This document shows positions 12,674-25,340 of a stretch of DNA of 64,000 bases, piece by piece. Every line of letters begins with the position of its first letter. Positions within the stretch are counted from its first letter, which is position 1. The stretch is from Moniliella sp. 'wahieum' (Eukaryota): positions 124,001-188,000 of the forward strand of contig RSEE01000007.1 of the NCBI GenBank assembly GCA_003971905.1, given 5' to 3'. The translations under genes were made by a program, and so were the position numbers. A model generated the notes under the pieces. The model did not search any database. It saw only the letters and a program-made list of their open reading frames with translations, and was not told the origin of the DNA.

Positions 12674-14030
12674 TGTGATCTCGGCGTATCTGGACAATGG
12701 CGAGGTTGATGGAGTCGCGGCCGTGCCCGCGGAAAATGTAGGCATGCGCAGTGAATTGATTCGATCCTCGCGGTTATGGAGTGCAAGTTGGGAAGGCGTG
12801 TTGCGTACACACCCCCGCCTTGCATGGGACTCCGTTTTTCTGGATTTTGTTTGGACTGGCTTAACCGAAGAGGTTACGTGCGTGTTGCTGTACTTATTAT
12901 CCCAATGTAGCATCCCCATTTCCTTCGTACTCGGCCATGGTTGTGCAGCCTACGGATCATTTGCCTCTCTCCGGTGCGTCTTGGTTCGCATGATCGAATC
13001 GGCCTCGCTATTCGTTTCATACAAACAAAAGAACGAATGCATCCTACTAGCCATCTCTCTCTCCGACCCTCCCACAGTATATGACCAAGTTCAAGGATAT
13101 AGGCGTTAGGACGATATGCTCAGCCCGTCAGCGCCGGTGTGGTCTCTACAGGTTGTCGCACTTCGCCGTCCCACATCAATCAAACAACATAAGTCCAGGA
13201 TCAGCAGACCTTGCGCGCCATGTTGGGCGCACCTTCCTTACTAGCTTATTCCTATATTTTTGGGTTTGCTGGCCAGCTTTGGTCGCTCTTCTCGTTCCCT
13301 CCCGCCTACCGGGATCACTTGCAACATGTCTATCGGTCGGTCGTTCGAATATATGTCGAAGGCTTTGAGAGCACCGGCTGCGTATCAGTCTTTTACCTTT
13401 CTGGAAAATTCCCCCCGCATTCTGTTTATACCTGTCCTATGAGGTACTTGAGGCTTGGATCCTTCAGTATATAAGCAAGCCCTGTCGAAGGTTTGCTAGC
13501 TGGGTCTTTTATATCGACCATCCTGTCCCTGTTCCAGCCTGTTCCAACCTGTTCCTTTTCCTTTTCCTCTCCCCCTCCACCTTCTACCGCCTTACGAATT
13601 TACGACTCAGATCGGTTACATTGCCAGTCACGGTTATACTCTCAGTATAGCGTGCTCTCCATTAGGATTCCGTCTTCCGAATCCCCCTACTATCAGCGCG
13701 TCAAGTGTGTGGTAACGAGTAACCTTTACCGGCGTTTTTACCGAGTTACCCCCGAGATCTGGACCCCTTCAACGGGAGTCTTGACGACGTATTACGCGTA
13801 CGCATGCTGCCCGGTCTGCGGAGAGGGTCTAAGATGTTCGGCCTTATTGCATACGCACAGACAGCTACCCAAATTAGAGGGTCTCTCTCTCTACCTCGCC
13901 TATATACTGGCTCGGTTCGACCAGGAACCAAAGACGGGAAAACCATACGTGTGGCTCCGATTGGCCGCCCATGGGTTTGTACCCCTAAGCTACAGGGGTG
14001 GGTCCCACCTCGGGACTCCCCCCATGACAC

Positions 14031-14233
14031 AGTCAGAGTTTGGCTGATCGATGATCTCGCTCCCATTTCCAATTTCTCCGTCCCGAACGTCTCGCTCCTT
14101 TTCCCTGTATACTTCACCCGCTTCGCAACTATGTCCTCTGTGCTCTCTTTTGCTTCTTCCCCGCGAACAATTGCTACATTCCTTTTGCCTAGTCTCGACT
14201 CTGGTCTCCCTCGCTTTAGCCCCGACTGTGACA
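14031..14233 (-). mobile_element. LTR copy (family A)
   Basis: Aligns by eye end to end with 43120..43410 and with the reverse complements of 44005..44185 and 62503..62685 (shared ctcgctcccatttccaattt, cgaacaattgctaca, tggtctccc, agccccgactgtgaca). No TSD seen. Confidence 0.8.
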
Positions 14234-14242
14234 GTATCGATT

Positions 14243-14382
14243 ATCGTTCGTGGGGTAGAAGCAAGACAGATGACATCAGTGATAGCAAGCGGAAGAACAG
14301 GAAAAGAGCGATACGCTCGGGACAAAAGTCGTTGGAAAAATAGGAGCGAAATCATTAATCAGCGCTCAGCCAAGCTATGGCA
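14243..14382 (+). mobile_element. 5'-truncated LTR copy (family A), inverted relative to the adjacent copy
   Basis: atcgttcgtggggtagaagcaaga...aagcggaagaacagg...gagcga...caagctatggca matches 44064..44185 on the same strand. Confidence 0.75.
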
Positions 14383-14544
14383 GGTACACTCCTTTGTCTT
14401 CTCGCCTTGTCTGAAAACTGCTTTGTAGCTGATCCCCTAGGGTTCCCCGAGTGCTCCCACTAGACTCTAGTACCAACATATTCCGAGCACCTATATACCT
14501 TCCCTCGCTCCCGCTATTCGTCTCCAAAAATCGGATGCGGCGAG

Positions 14545-14830
14545 ATGATTCATCGATTATCGATCATCGATCACGTCCATCACAACCAGTCGGAGATCCT
14601 CGTTCAACTGAACGTTCAACGTTCAACGTTCAATGTACGTACTCTATTCAATATTCAACGTGTTCAACGTGTTCAACGTACGTTCAACTATATATATTAC
14701 GTTCAACGTTCACGTTCACGCGTTCAGTACCAGCAAGCTCAGTACGTTCAGTACTGCCAACTGAGATCGTACTGAGATTTGAGAGTACTAGACGCACTAC
14801 ACGCTGTGCTACTGAGTTGGTGCGTTCAGT
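14545..14830. repeat. Dense heptamer quasi-palindrome array (GATNATC, GTTCAAC, ACTGAG-type)
   Basis: catcgattatcgatcatcgatc at ~14551-14572; GTTCAAC at 14614-14627 and many more to ~14720; agtac/actgag units to ~14816. Confidence 0.9.
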
Positions 14831-15289
14831 ATTTCGAGTTTAAGCGTTAAGACCTGAATGATCGGCGGCCAACTATAATTCGCCACAGGCATGCGGTGCG
14901 GGTGGGCCTGTGGGCGGCGTGTGGATTGCTGCGGAGCGGCCCAGGGCGGCTCGGCTGGTGGTGGCAATGATGCAAATCTCTCGCTCTAAACCCTTTCCCT
15001 ATGGCTCTGTTCCCTGCCGATGCCTCTTGTGGTGTCGTCATTGCAAACAAACACCGGCTTGCCAGCATTGTGTTGGGACCCGTGGTCCCGTACTTAGGCC
15101 AAGGTGCCTCATCACCCTTCACCCCTGATTTGTCCTCCCAAGCCTCCACGTGTATACTCAGGCTTGTTTGAACCCCTGTCTCTAGGTGTGGCACAAGGCT
15201 TAGACCGGAACCACCACCATCGCGATTGCATTGCTCTACATCTCCAGAGGTTCTTCACCCAATCCCTTGGGTTCCTCCGGTCTTACAAT

Positions 15290-15455
15290 TTGTGACCAGA
15301 CCATGTTCTCCAATACTCTTCCCTTTGTATCTTCCTCTGTTGAGATCTCTCTTTTGGAATAGAACATCATATGTCCCTCTCTCTCTTTCCCTCTCGTCTT
15401 CCATATCTTGTTTCCTTCTGCGAACGATCTTTCCATCCCCCGTGTGTGACGACAG
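15290..15455 (-). mobile_element. Diverged LTR-like remnant related to the 62.5 kb copy
   Basis: tgtttccttctgcgaacgatctttccatccccc resembles the reverse complement of ~62550-62584; begins tgtgacc versus tgtcacc. Confidence 0.4.
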
Positions 15456-15575
15456 CACCACGGTGTGATTAGACCTCTGGAGTCCGGATGGTCCTCGAAG
15501 GTGAAGCAATCACACTGGAGGTGGTGGTAGACTAAAAGCCAACCAGCAACCCTACAGAGGAACATCAAGCAGCGA

Positions 15576-15753
15576 GTTGCCACCAGGGGCCCAGCTGCGG
15601 AACAAAAGGGAAAACAGGAGAGAGAGAAGGCAACGGAGCTCCTAGGCTTGAGGAGGAACGCAAGGGACGTTGGCCAAAGCACGAGCCACCTGGTGGCTCA
15701 ACGCATGTGGTCTCCCTCGCTTATAGCGCTTAGCCTAAGCCCCGACTGTTACA
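15576..15753 (-). mobile_element. Deleted LTR-retrotransposon remnant: first ~46 bp of LTR joined to internal leader
   Basis: Minus strand starts TGTAACAGTCGGGGCT...GAGGGAGACCA (the LTR start). 15576..15686 matches 44193..44303 (gccaacgtccctt...ctcctca...taggag.tccgttg...gcccctggtggc), which follows the LTR at 44 kb. Confidence 0.7.
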
Positions 15754-16350
15754 TGTTACGTGTTCTTATTGCAGTTGGGAACAGACTGACTATAGACTGA
15801 CTAGTTCCTGTGTGACTAGTGACTAGTGACTAGTGACTGATGATTGATTTGTACTCGACCCTTGGTCAGGAAGATAGCACACAGCTGCGAGCGAGCAGCC
15901 AACAAGATCATCGCTACATCACTAACATCACTCTCACAACACTCATCTCAGACTGACGGCTCGGATCTGCGTGGGGCAAGGGCGCATTGGGCCAGCCTAA
16001 GGCCTAATAGCGTTTCCAACTTCCATCCCTGTTGGCCCGTCGAGAGCATGGCGGCCAATTAATGTATCCTTCGACCGTAGAGCGCAGGTCTGCATAGCGC
16101 TTAGTAGCTCGGCCTGCTTGGCGCTGAGGCTGAGTTCGGTACTTCGTACGAGGCCCGAGGCCTCTTAGGGCTTCGCATCTTGGGCCTTAGTGCCTCAGCG
16201 CCTCAGCCCGTAGGAACTTTGAACTTTTAGCGGCATGCGTTGATGATCGACCATCGATGATCGATCGGCCTGAACAGAACGTTGCACGGATTGATGATCA
16301 TCGATCATCGAACCTATCTGCATTCGTAAATCCTCCAGTTACATGTTACA
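15747..16350. repeat. Cluster of heptamer quasi-palindrome arrays
   Basis: TGTTACA-TGTTACG 15747-15760; (AGTGACT)x3 15818-15838; cctcagc units ~16190-16207; GATGATC/GATCATC ~16242-16310; gttacatgttaca ~16338-16350. Confidence 0.9.
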
Positions 16351-16488
16351 CACACTTGGTGCATGTTGGTACCGGTGACCTCACCTGTTATACCGGCACG
16401 ATACCTTCTGGCTTGTCTTCCTTTCCTTCCGATCCACCACCTGTGTGCCGTACCCTCTCTGGCGTTGCGTGCTGCTACTCGTCTGGCC

Positions 16489-17844
16489 ATGCCTCTCTCT
16501 CCAGTAACAGCGACTGCCACCACTGCTCCGCCCGCCCCCGCTCCGCGCCCTCCCCCCATTGCCCCGTCGCAGAGCTCGCGCAACCCTCAGCCGTCTCCTC
16601 AAACCGGCGTCCCGACGTCCGTCCATCGAGAAGCAGGGCTCACTCCCCCCTTTGCCGAGTCTGCCAAGCATTTCAATGGCCAAGTTCAAACTGGGTGGAA
16701 AGCGAGGCGCCAACGCCCCTGCCTCTCCGCATCCAACCCAACGGCAACGGCAAACCGCAGCGCAACCGCAGCAGCAGCAGCAGCAGCAGCAAACGCCCAA
16801 GCCCAGCCCCCCCGGAGAAGGTGGAAAGACACGCGAGAGCTGTCACTAATTCGCGCGAACTATCTGCCGCCGCCGCTTCCACTCCCGTCTTGCCCTCCAG
16901 CAATGCGTCTTTAGCCTCCTCGCCCCACCTCCTTGGATCAGCTGTTGATTTGCGTGCCCCCACCGACCTATCTCGTCCTTTGGGCCTCTCACCGTAATCT
17001 GGCCTCCACAAGCACAGGCAACCTAACCGATGTACGTCCTTGTTGTTTTCCCCCCTCGCTGAACACTGACCCTGATTGAATCGCAAAGCCACGGCCACTG
17101 TATAGCAGCGTGCACGGAATGCTTAGCACGCCCACCCTACCGCGCCCATTTCGCTCTCCCACGATAGGCGGACAGGAGCTGGTCAGTGTGCCTACTGAGC
17201 TCATGATTGGGTTGGAAACCACTCCGTACTCTGTCCTCCTCTTCCCGGCTCGCCTCTGGCGTCGCCGTCGTTAACGCCACGCCTTGATGCACTTCCAAGC
17301 GCGTCCCTGCACCTCCCTCGCCGTTGGTCCCTACTCGTATGGCCCCGCCTCCGGGGCCCACCGCCGCAGCGACACCGAACCTTGCCTCCCCTCGCTCCAT
17401 TTCCAGTCTGTCCAGCGGATCGGTTTACTTGCCCGCGGGCCCCGAGCAAGGTAATGCCGGAATGGATGCGGACAACAGGTCGATCGAGGAGAGCTGGGAC
17501 GCACCTTCCCTGGATCATCTCCTTCCTCTCGCTCCACCCATCCGTCTGACGAGGAGCCTGCACTGTACTTCCCTGGAGCGTCGTCTCCCGCTACGCCGGA
17601 GCAAGATAGCGCATGGCATGCATCAGCGCCTTTGCAAGTACCTACCACCTCAATCTCCATGCCGAAGGCAAACGAAAATAACTCGACGGGCGGAACAGTG
17701 CTATCAAAGCTGAGGATGCGCAACAAGAGTTGGTCTCGGTTGGGGGAAGCAGTTGAAGGGAAAACGAGGATCACTTCTGTTCTACCGAATGGACAGAGTG
17801 TACCTGCTCTCTGCTCCAGCTGGAAAACCCTCACAACAAAGTGA
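16489..17844 (+). CDS. Hypothetical Pro/Ser-rich protein (frameshifted; 3' end uncertain)
   Basis: ATG at 16489 (MPLSPVTATATTAPP...); probable intron gtacgt..tag ~17032-17104; overlapping ORFs to ~17844; (GCA)n tract ~16768-16791. No domain recognised. Confidence 0.35.
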
Positions 17845-19042
17845 ATCCAAAGCTCTCTGGGGTCTGGAAATGGGGGGCAAAACACCAAGCAAGCCGACGG
17901 CCCTCAAGCCCTTTCTGTTTCTTCAACAGACCGACGCGGTTCTGCACCGAACCTGCGCGCAACGGCATGGAAAGCGCTCAAGTTGCCTGGAAAGAACGCG
18001 CTTAGTTCGGTTCCTAGCCCAAGAAATCCCCAGTTGTGCCGCCTTCAGGGAAGGATAGTACTAACTAGAGTGGCCACTATCCAAAAGTGCGTTTTGCCCC
18101 TCACTATTCGGATTGTTCGACGCACTTCTCTGGCCATCCCCGCCCCTGTGCCCACACCCTTGCTGTTCTCTTGTCTATTGTTTGTTCACAAGTTTGCTCT
18201 TTGCATCTGTACGTGGACTCGTCCCTTGACAGGACGCACCACTCTCACCCCATGCCGTCCCCCAAACAACCCTGTATCGTTGATCTAGTTGCACTTCCCA
18301 TTTATCAAACTCAATGTACGGAAACCATATTAGTAAAACACAACACGATGCAGGTTAGAACCCAAAGTGCTAAGTCCAATGTAGCGAAAAAGCTATCTTG
18401 TTCTAATTTCTGGTCCTTGAGCACACCTGTTCTTGATGATATCCCGAAATATAGGGCAAAGTAGGCTATCTTCTCGGTAAAGCCCGGACGCGATGAACTG
18501 GAACGAGTTTCTTGTCCAAACGCTGGGAAGAATAATTTGATGATGGGATAGCCCTAAATAATCCCTTTCCACGACAACGCCTGTAAGAAGAAGTCGAACT
18601 CAAATGCGTGCGCTCGTATTGCTATAGGAGGGGAAGGGGAGGGGGGGGGATACAGTGCCATCCATGACACTGATCGTCGATCCTTGCGCCATCTGCACAG
18701 GCCAAATTGGTCCATAGACCCGTGCAGCAGCAATGCGCATCGTACCCGGAGACGTTGTACAAAAAACTGCAAGAGTACTTAGGCCCCCACAGTACAAGGT
18801 ATACAACGGCCAGGCCGAGGGGACTGGCAATTAGCTATCCCGAAAGGGGTGCCCTCAAGTGTTGAACGTTGAGTCAGGCCCGACAAGCTGGCTAGAGATG
18901 TGACCCCATTTAAGGAAGCTGTATACAAACCCAGATCCACCTAGGGGCTCTATTATCCAACCTCCATCAGTCCCGCAGTGATGCACCAACATTGGTTGAT
19001 ACAATGGTGTCGATGATGGGGACATGTACACTGAATGTCATT

Positions 19043-20910
19043 TTAAAGGTCCGTCACACACCCATGGCTGGCGTCCGCAACGTTGCGGGCGTACTTCAAC
19101 AAAGTGCCTTGGGTGGGCTTCAGCGGCGGCGCAACAAACTCCTGGCGGCGTTTGGCCAGCTCTTCCTCCGACACGTCCACCAGGTCAAGCGTGTTCTTCT
19201 CCCATCAATCTTGATAGTGTCGCCATCGCGCACCAGGGCTATTGGCCCACCCACCTGGGCCTCGGGCACCACATGACCAATGACAAACCCATGCGATCCG
19301 CCCGAGAAGCGGCCGTCGGTCAAACAAGCCACATCCTGTCCGAGTCCAGCCCCCATGATGAGTGAGGTGGGCTTCAGCATTTCGGGCATGCCTGGACCGC
19401 CCTTGGGACCCTTGTACCGCAACACCACCACCGTCTTCTCGCCCTTCTTGATCGTGTTCTGTTCCACGCGTGGACCAGATCGTCTTCCGTGTCAAAGACA
19501 CGTGCCTTGCCCGTAAAATGCAGACCTTCCTTGCCTGTAATCTTAGCCACGGCACCACCAGGGCAAGGTTGCCCTTGAGGATACGCAGATGGCCCGTGGC
19601 CTTGAGTGGGTTCTCCTTTGGCCGCAACAATTTTTGAGACTCGGGAAGCTTGCCGCGCTCATGCGTCCACCGGTCCACGTTCTCGGCCAAAGTGCGGCCA
19701 GTGACCGTCATGTGCTCACCCTTCATGAACTTGTTCTCAATCAGGTATTGAATGATGGTCGGCATACCACCGCATTGGAGCCATAGATCCCCATAACGTA
19801 CTTGCCACTGGGTTTCATGTCAGCCAAGAAGGGCGTTTGCTCTGCAATGCGCTGGAAATCGTCCAGAGAAAGTTCGACGCCCACCGTGCGAGCAATGGCA
19901 ATCAGGTGAAGCACCACGTTCGTCGAGCCACCCAGGACCATCGTCAGGGCAATCGCATCCTCAAAAGCGCTCTTAACCATAATGTCACGCGGCTTGATAT
20001 CCTTCTCCAGAAGGTTGCGCATTGCCGCCCCCATCGAGTCGCACTCGGCCAGCTTCTCGGGATACTCAGCGGGGAAGCTGGAGGAGCCCGGGAGAGACAT
20101 GCCCAGAGCTTCTGCACACGATGCAATCGTATTGGCAGTGTACATCCCACCACATGCACCAGGTCCAGGGCAGCAGTTACGGATAACATTGGCCCGCTTG
20201 GTTTCTGCCTCAGCTGTTTGGCCATCAGCCAGGTAAGAACCATAGGCTTGGAAGGCCGAGACAATGTCCAGCGTCTCGCCACCGCAGTGGCCAGGGCGGA
20301 TGGTACCTCCGTACAACATGATACCAGGGCGGTTAAGACGGCCCAGCGCCATAAGCACACCGGGCATGTTCTTGTCACACCCAGGGATGACAACCGCGCC
20401 GTCGAGCCAGTGACCGCCACAGGCACTCTCGACCGAGTCGGCAATCAGGTCACGCGAGGGCAAAGAGTACGACATGGCCGACGTTCCCATCGAGATACCA
20501 TCACTTACACCAACGGTGCCAAACTGGTAGCCCGTCAGACCGGCCTCATTGATCGACTTTTGACCCGCTGGCCAACCCCAGCAGATGCCGGTTGCAGGGG
20601 TTGCCCTCGTACCTGGGTTAAGGGTTAGCTCTGTGAACAACAGGGAAGGAATGGCGTACATACCAAACGCTGGCTACACCAACCATGGCACGGGACAGGT
20701 CCTGCTTCGAATCAATGCCCTCTGTAGCGTAGAGCATGGCCTGAGACGCGCCCTGATCTTTGGGGGCGGTGATGTGGATGAGTATTTGTTCAGGTTTCCG
20801 GGCGGAGGGCGGTTGGCGGTACGCGCGGAGGACGAGAAGGCGGCGGCGTGGCGCGCGGGAGCCACCGCCAGCGAACGCGCGGCTGACCTACTCGCACTGA
20901 GAAGTCCCAT
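19043..20910 (-). CDS. ILV3: Dihydroxy-acid dehydratase, mitochondrial
   Basis: Motifs VWYEGNPCN (after intron 20613..20663), [62 protein letters not shown] and C-terminal [17 protein letters not shown]. Ala/Arg/Ser-rich presequence; several frameshifts. Confidence 0.95.
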
Positions 20911-21209
20911 GCTGGCCCAGAGAGACGAGAGGGGAAGGAGCGGGGGTGGTGTGGTGGCGGTGGGGACAGCCGGCCAACGTGTAATTTGAGGTCAGAAACA
21001 GCTATGTCCATGCGAAGAAGCGGCGGAGAAAACACACGGCCGCGGAGAAGAGACGGGGGGAGGCTGACAAATCCGAAGAATCAGCTGTTTTCCACAGGCA
21101 CCAGTCCGCTGCTTGGGTGCGCCCGCGGGACGTGTGACAGCCTGACGCGTGAATTCACCCGTCTGCGGATCTGAGGCCCGGAGATTGAATAGGGCATGCC
21201 GTGCGGGGC

Positions 21210-21450
21210 ACGTGACATGTTGTCCACGTTGAACGTGTTGAACGTTCAAGCATTCAAGTCAATCTTTCAACCTTCAAGCTTCCAGGGCAAGTTGAACGTT
21301 TAGATTCGATGGGCAGGTGAATGGGTGACCGGTGACCAAAGATCGGTGAGATCCCACTTGAATCATCGACGCCTCTCAGGGCCTCACCGCTCACCGGTCA
21401 TGTGACTGGCCACCAGCTGTGGTTTGGCGCTCAGACGCTCATGCATCATC
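21210..21450. repeat. Heptamer quasi-palindrome cluster in the ILV3/GSP1 divergent intergenic region
   Basis: cgtgacatgt; gttgaacgtgttgaacgttcaag; cttcaagctt; (GGTGACC)x2 ~21324-21337; ctcaccggtca; ctcatgcatcatc. Confidence 0.85.
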
Positions 21451-21680
21451 CACTGCACCATGCGTGACAGGCTTACCCACGCATGATCCACGCAGCCTCC
21501 GGTGACCCTCCTGATCCACCACGAGCGCATGGCCAGTGTCCAGCTGGCGCGCACGCCTCACACTGGTGCCGTGCTCCGTGTTGGTTTTCGTTCATTTCTC
21601 GTCCAGCGGTGTGTAGTTGGCAGCCTTGCCACGGCCCGCCACTCCTCCATCCCTCCCACCACCCCCTTCTGTCCTTCCCC

Positions 21681-22387
21681 ATGGCTGCTGAGGTCCCCAC
21701 ATTCAAGCTTGTGCTCGGTGCGTACCCCCGTTGCTCCTGTGATGTCTTGGCGTTTTAAAGTCTGACCTCCGCTCCCCCTAGTCGGCGACGGCGGCACTGG
21801 CAAGACGACGTTCGTCAAGCGCCACCTGACGGGCGAGTTTGAGAAGAAGTACATTGCCACCCTCGGTGTCGAGGTCCACCCCTCTCTCTTCCACACCAAC
21901 TTTGGCAACATCGTTTTCAACGTCTGGGACACGGCTGGCCAAGAGAAGTTTGGTGGTCTCCGCGACGGCTACTACATTCAAGGCCAGTGCGGCATCATCA
22001 TGTTTGACGTCACGTCGCGCATCACGTACAAGAACGTGCCCAACTGGTACCGCGACCTGGAACGCGTGTGCGAGAACATTCCTATTGTCCTCTGTGGAAA
22101 CAAGGTCGATGTGAAGGAGCGCAAGGTCAAGACGGGCGCCGTCACCTTCCACCAAGAAGAACCTGCAGTACTTCGAGATCTCTGCCAAGAGCAACTACAA
22201 CTTTGAGAAGCCCTTCCTCTGGCTCGCCCGCAAGCTTGTAGGCAACAACAACCTCGAATTTGTTGCTGCCCCAGCCCTTGCGCCCCCGGAGGTTCAAGTT
22301 GACGCTGCTCTGATGCAGAAGTACCAGCAGGAGCTCGACACTGCTGCCGCTGCTCCGCTGCCCGACGAGGATGACGGTGACTTTTAG
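21681..22387 (+). CDS. GSP1: Ran GTPase
   Basis: [12 protein letters not shown] | intron 21718..21781 | [24 protein letters not shown]...[16 protein letters not shown]...NKVD...acidic tail LPDEDDGDF*. Apparent 2-bp deletion near 22152 (FH-R-KKNL). Confidence 0.97.
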
Positions 22388-22786
22388 GTTATGCACTTGT
22401 ACCTCCCCTCTGCACCTTTCCCCATCCTCAAAATTTGTGCGGCCGCTATGCATTTGGTTGGCTCATCCTATTCCACCTTCTCTTCACCTTTTGAACCTCA
22501 TAGGGAGGCGTTTTGTCAGAGGAGCTTAAACTTGGACTACTTCTCTACACGCTTCCGTTTCCGCCTGATCCACACCTGGAAACATTGTACTAGAGCATTG
22601 GGCAAGCTATGACCAGGGTCATATGGAGACAGGTTCGGGTAACAGGCATTGATTGATTGAGGGGATGAGTGTTGCATGAGGGGGAGTAATAGTACACGAG
22701 ACCAGAAAGTAGAGGCATCCCAATCCGCACCGATACAGTCCCAGCCCCAGCCAAGACCTGAGCAAGCCAGGGCGAATATGCACAGC

Positions 22787-24831
22787 CTACCGGCTGCGGC
22801 GGCTGCCAGCAGACATCTTGCCGCGGTAAAGCCATTGAGGTCGGGCTTCCTTGATGGCGCGGTCTCCTTCGCCCTGATGTCCATGGTAGTTGCGCTGGCG
22901 GATGGAGAGGTCGTGCAGCTTGAGAGCCTTTTTGGCCTGCGCCTCGTCCTTGAGCCCGGCAGTGGAGCGGGTTCCCAGCTTGGTGCTGGACTTGGTCGCA
23001 ACGCCCCGACCCTCGTTGCTCTTGCGTGCCTTGCGGCGGGGGGCGTCGTCCGGTCCATCGCCTCCTCTGCATCGCCCATCTCCTCATCCTCATCCCGGCG
23101 CTTCCGCTTGCTGTCCAGCCCCTTGGCCTTGGCCAAGACGGCGGCCCGGGCCTCGATGCTGGAGGGTCAATGCCTGATTCGCGGAGCTTGGTACCCATTT
23201 CGCTGATCGAGTGCTGCTGGAGTTTGCGCGGGATCTTGACGGCCGTATGTTTGGCCTTGCGCCGCTGGGCATCCTGCTTGGCCACCGCCTGCCTGTACCG
23301 GATCTCTTTGGCGTCGCACGGATCTCATCAGCCTCTTCATCAACCTCCTCGTCCGACTCGTCATAGAAGCCATCCGCCTCCAGCTTCTCCTCCTCCTTTT
23401 CAAGTGCCTCGAGCTTCTCGAGAATGTCGGGTCAACAAAGTCGGCAATGTTCTTGCCATCGGCAATCTCGGGGATCACATCGTACTTCCACTCGTCGTTT
23501 TCCAGCAGATAGTTCTTGCGCAGATCCGACGAGTACACGCCCGCACCACCGTTCTCCGCCTCCAGGTCCCGTTCGAGCCTGCGCCGGTTAGATCGTCCTT
23601 GTCGTACTTGGCCTTACCGACGACGCCGGCGGGAATAAAGGGCTTCCGCTCCACGTTGTCGCGTGTCTTGGGCATGGCAACGTGCAGACGGTTCAGAACA
23701 TCGTCTTGCGACGCCTTGTGCGACTTGGATTTGGCCTCGACACGGAGCGAAAGCAGGGCATCGCAAGCTGCATTGCGCACATCCATGATACCCTCGTCCG
23801 TAAAAGTGGAAGCCTCCATGAGGTGGACCTTGCCAGCGCCCTCATCAACGATGGACTGGAGCAGCTTGGCCCGCGGCTCGTCCAGATCGGCGGGGCGGAG
23901 AACGTCCACCTTGTTGACGACCACAAAGGTGGGCTTTCCACCAAACAGGGGCTTGATCGAGTTGAACAGCTGGACCTGGGCCTCGACCGTGTAGCCGCAC
24001 TGTTCGGACAAGTCCATGAAGTACAGCACAGCCGAGCGCAGATGGGCCAACGCGGTAATAGACTGCATCTCAATCGTGTTCATCTCCTCGAGGGGATGGT
24101 CCAAGATACCAGGGGTGTCAATAACCTGCCAGCGAAGGTACTTGTAGTCCATGTGGCCAACAAACAGACTCTTGGTCGTAAACGCATACGGTTGCACATC
24201 TACATCCGCCCGGTCACCTTGTTGATGAAGCTAGACTTGCCCACGTTGGGGTAGCCGCAAATGAGTAGTGTACGGGCGGAAGGGTCAATTGAAGGCAGAC
24301 GGGAGATGTGTTGGCGAACTTGCTCGAGGTATGCAAGCGAGTCCTTCTGGCGGCGCATGACGGTCGCCATGCGGCCCATTGCGGCCCGCTTGAGCTGCTT
24401 GCAACGGTATAGACTCGCCATACTTAAGAGGCGGGTGTAGTCTTTTGCCACCTGTCAATGAGGTGCTTAGCTGGTTGAGCTGGCCGAGGGCGAGCTTGTA
24501 GTGGTTCTTATCGTACAGGACGTTCATGAGCGACGCAGTGAACGGGTGGAGGTTCTAAGAAGAGTGGAGAAAAGGTCAGAGCCGGAGTGCCATCAAAACG
24601 GACTGCACCACATACATCCAGAATGGGGAACTCCTCAAGAATAGCAGCGAGCTTTTCAGTAAATGAATCCTTGGTGAACATGACCTTGCGCATGTAAAAG
24701 CTGCGGATGCGGGTGATCTTCCATCCGGGATGGACAACGGTGGGGGTTCGGCGCTGTGTCTTGGACAGGACAATGTCCAGAAAGTCACTGGCCGTGGGCA
24801 CAGGCGCAATGTTGCTCTTGAACGTCGCCAT
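22787..24831 (-). CDS. NOG1: Nucleolar GTP-binding protein 1
   Basis: [74 protein letters not shown]. One intron ~24557-24615; several frameshifts. Confidence 0.95.
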
Positions 24832-25071
24832 GGCGGGGTGGTATAGTAGGTGTCCAAGGTGGTGGCAACAGGAAGGGAACGGCGGCCAAGTTGTGGGTTG
24901 CAGCCAATCAGGTCGCAGCAGTCACTAGTGCTTTTGTGTCGGCCGTCTGTGCCGCCTCCCGCAAAAAAAATGGCCTGCGGAACCCCACTCGCAGCTGTGC
25001 GCGTGGCGGAAGGAGCGGGGAAAGTTGCCCGAACCAAGGTGGCGGCCGTGGGTTATTGTTACGCCAGAGAG

Positions 25072-25092
25072 GGTCACCGGTCACCGGTCACC
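25072..25092. repeat. (GGTCACC)x3 upstream of NOG1
   Basis: Three perfect units read directly. Confidence 0.9.
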
Positions 25093-25340
25093 GTGACTTG
25101 AGGCCGGGAGGCCTCTTGACCGGCTGACCGATTTCCCGCTTTCGTCGCCCACGGCCTTATACACTTCCACGCCACCTGCTAATCGTCTTCGACGCCTGGG
25201 GGACACATTTAACAACAATCGTATGCCATACCAGTACTATACGGACTACAAGGGGAGGCAGCAGAAGATGACATATCATGCATGAGCGCCAAACGAAACG
25301 GAAGACAAGGTTGGATGAACGTAATTACTCTCTCGCAGAC

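Noticed and set aside
1830..20910. Branched-chain amino-acid gene cluster (LEU1 + ILV3)
   Set aside because: LEU1 is only a decayed fragment 17 kb away, with unrelated DNA in between.
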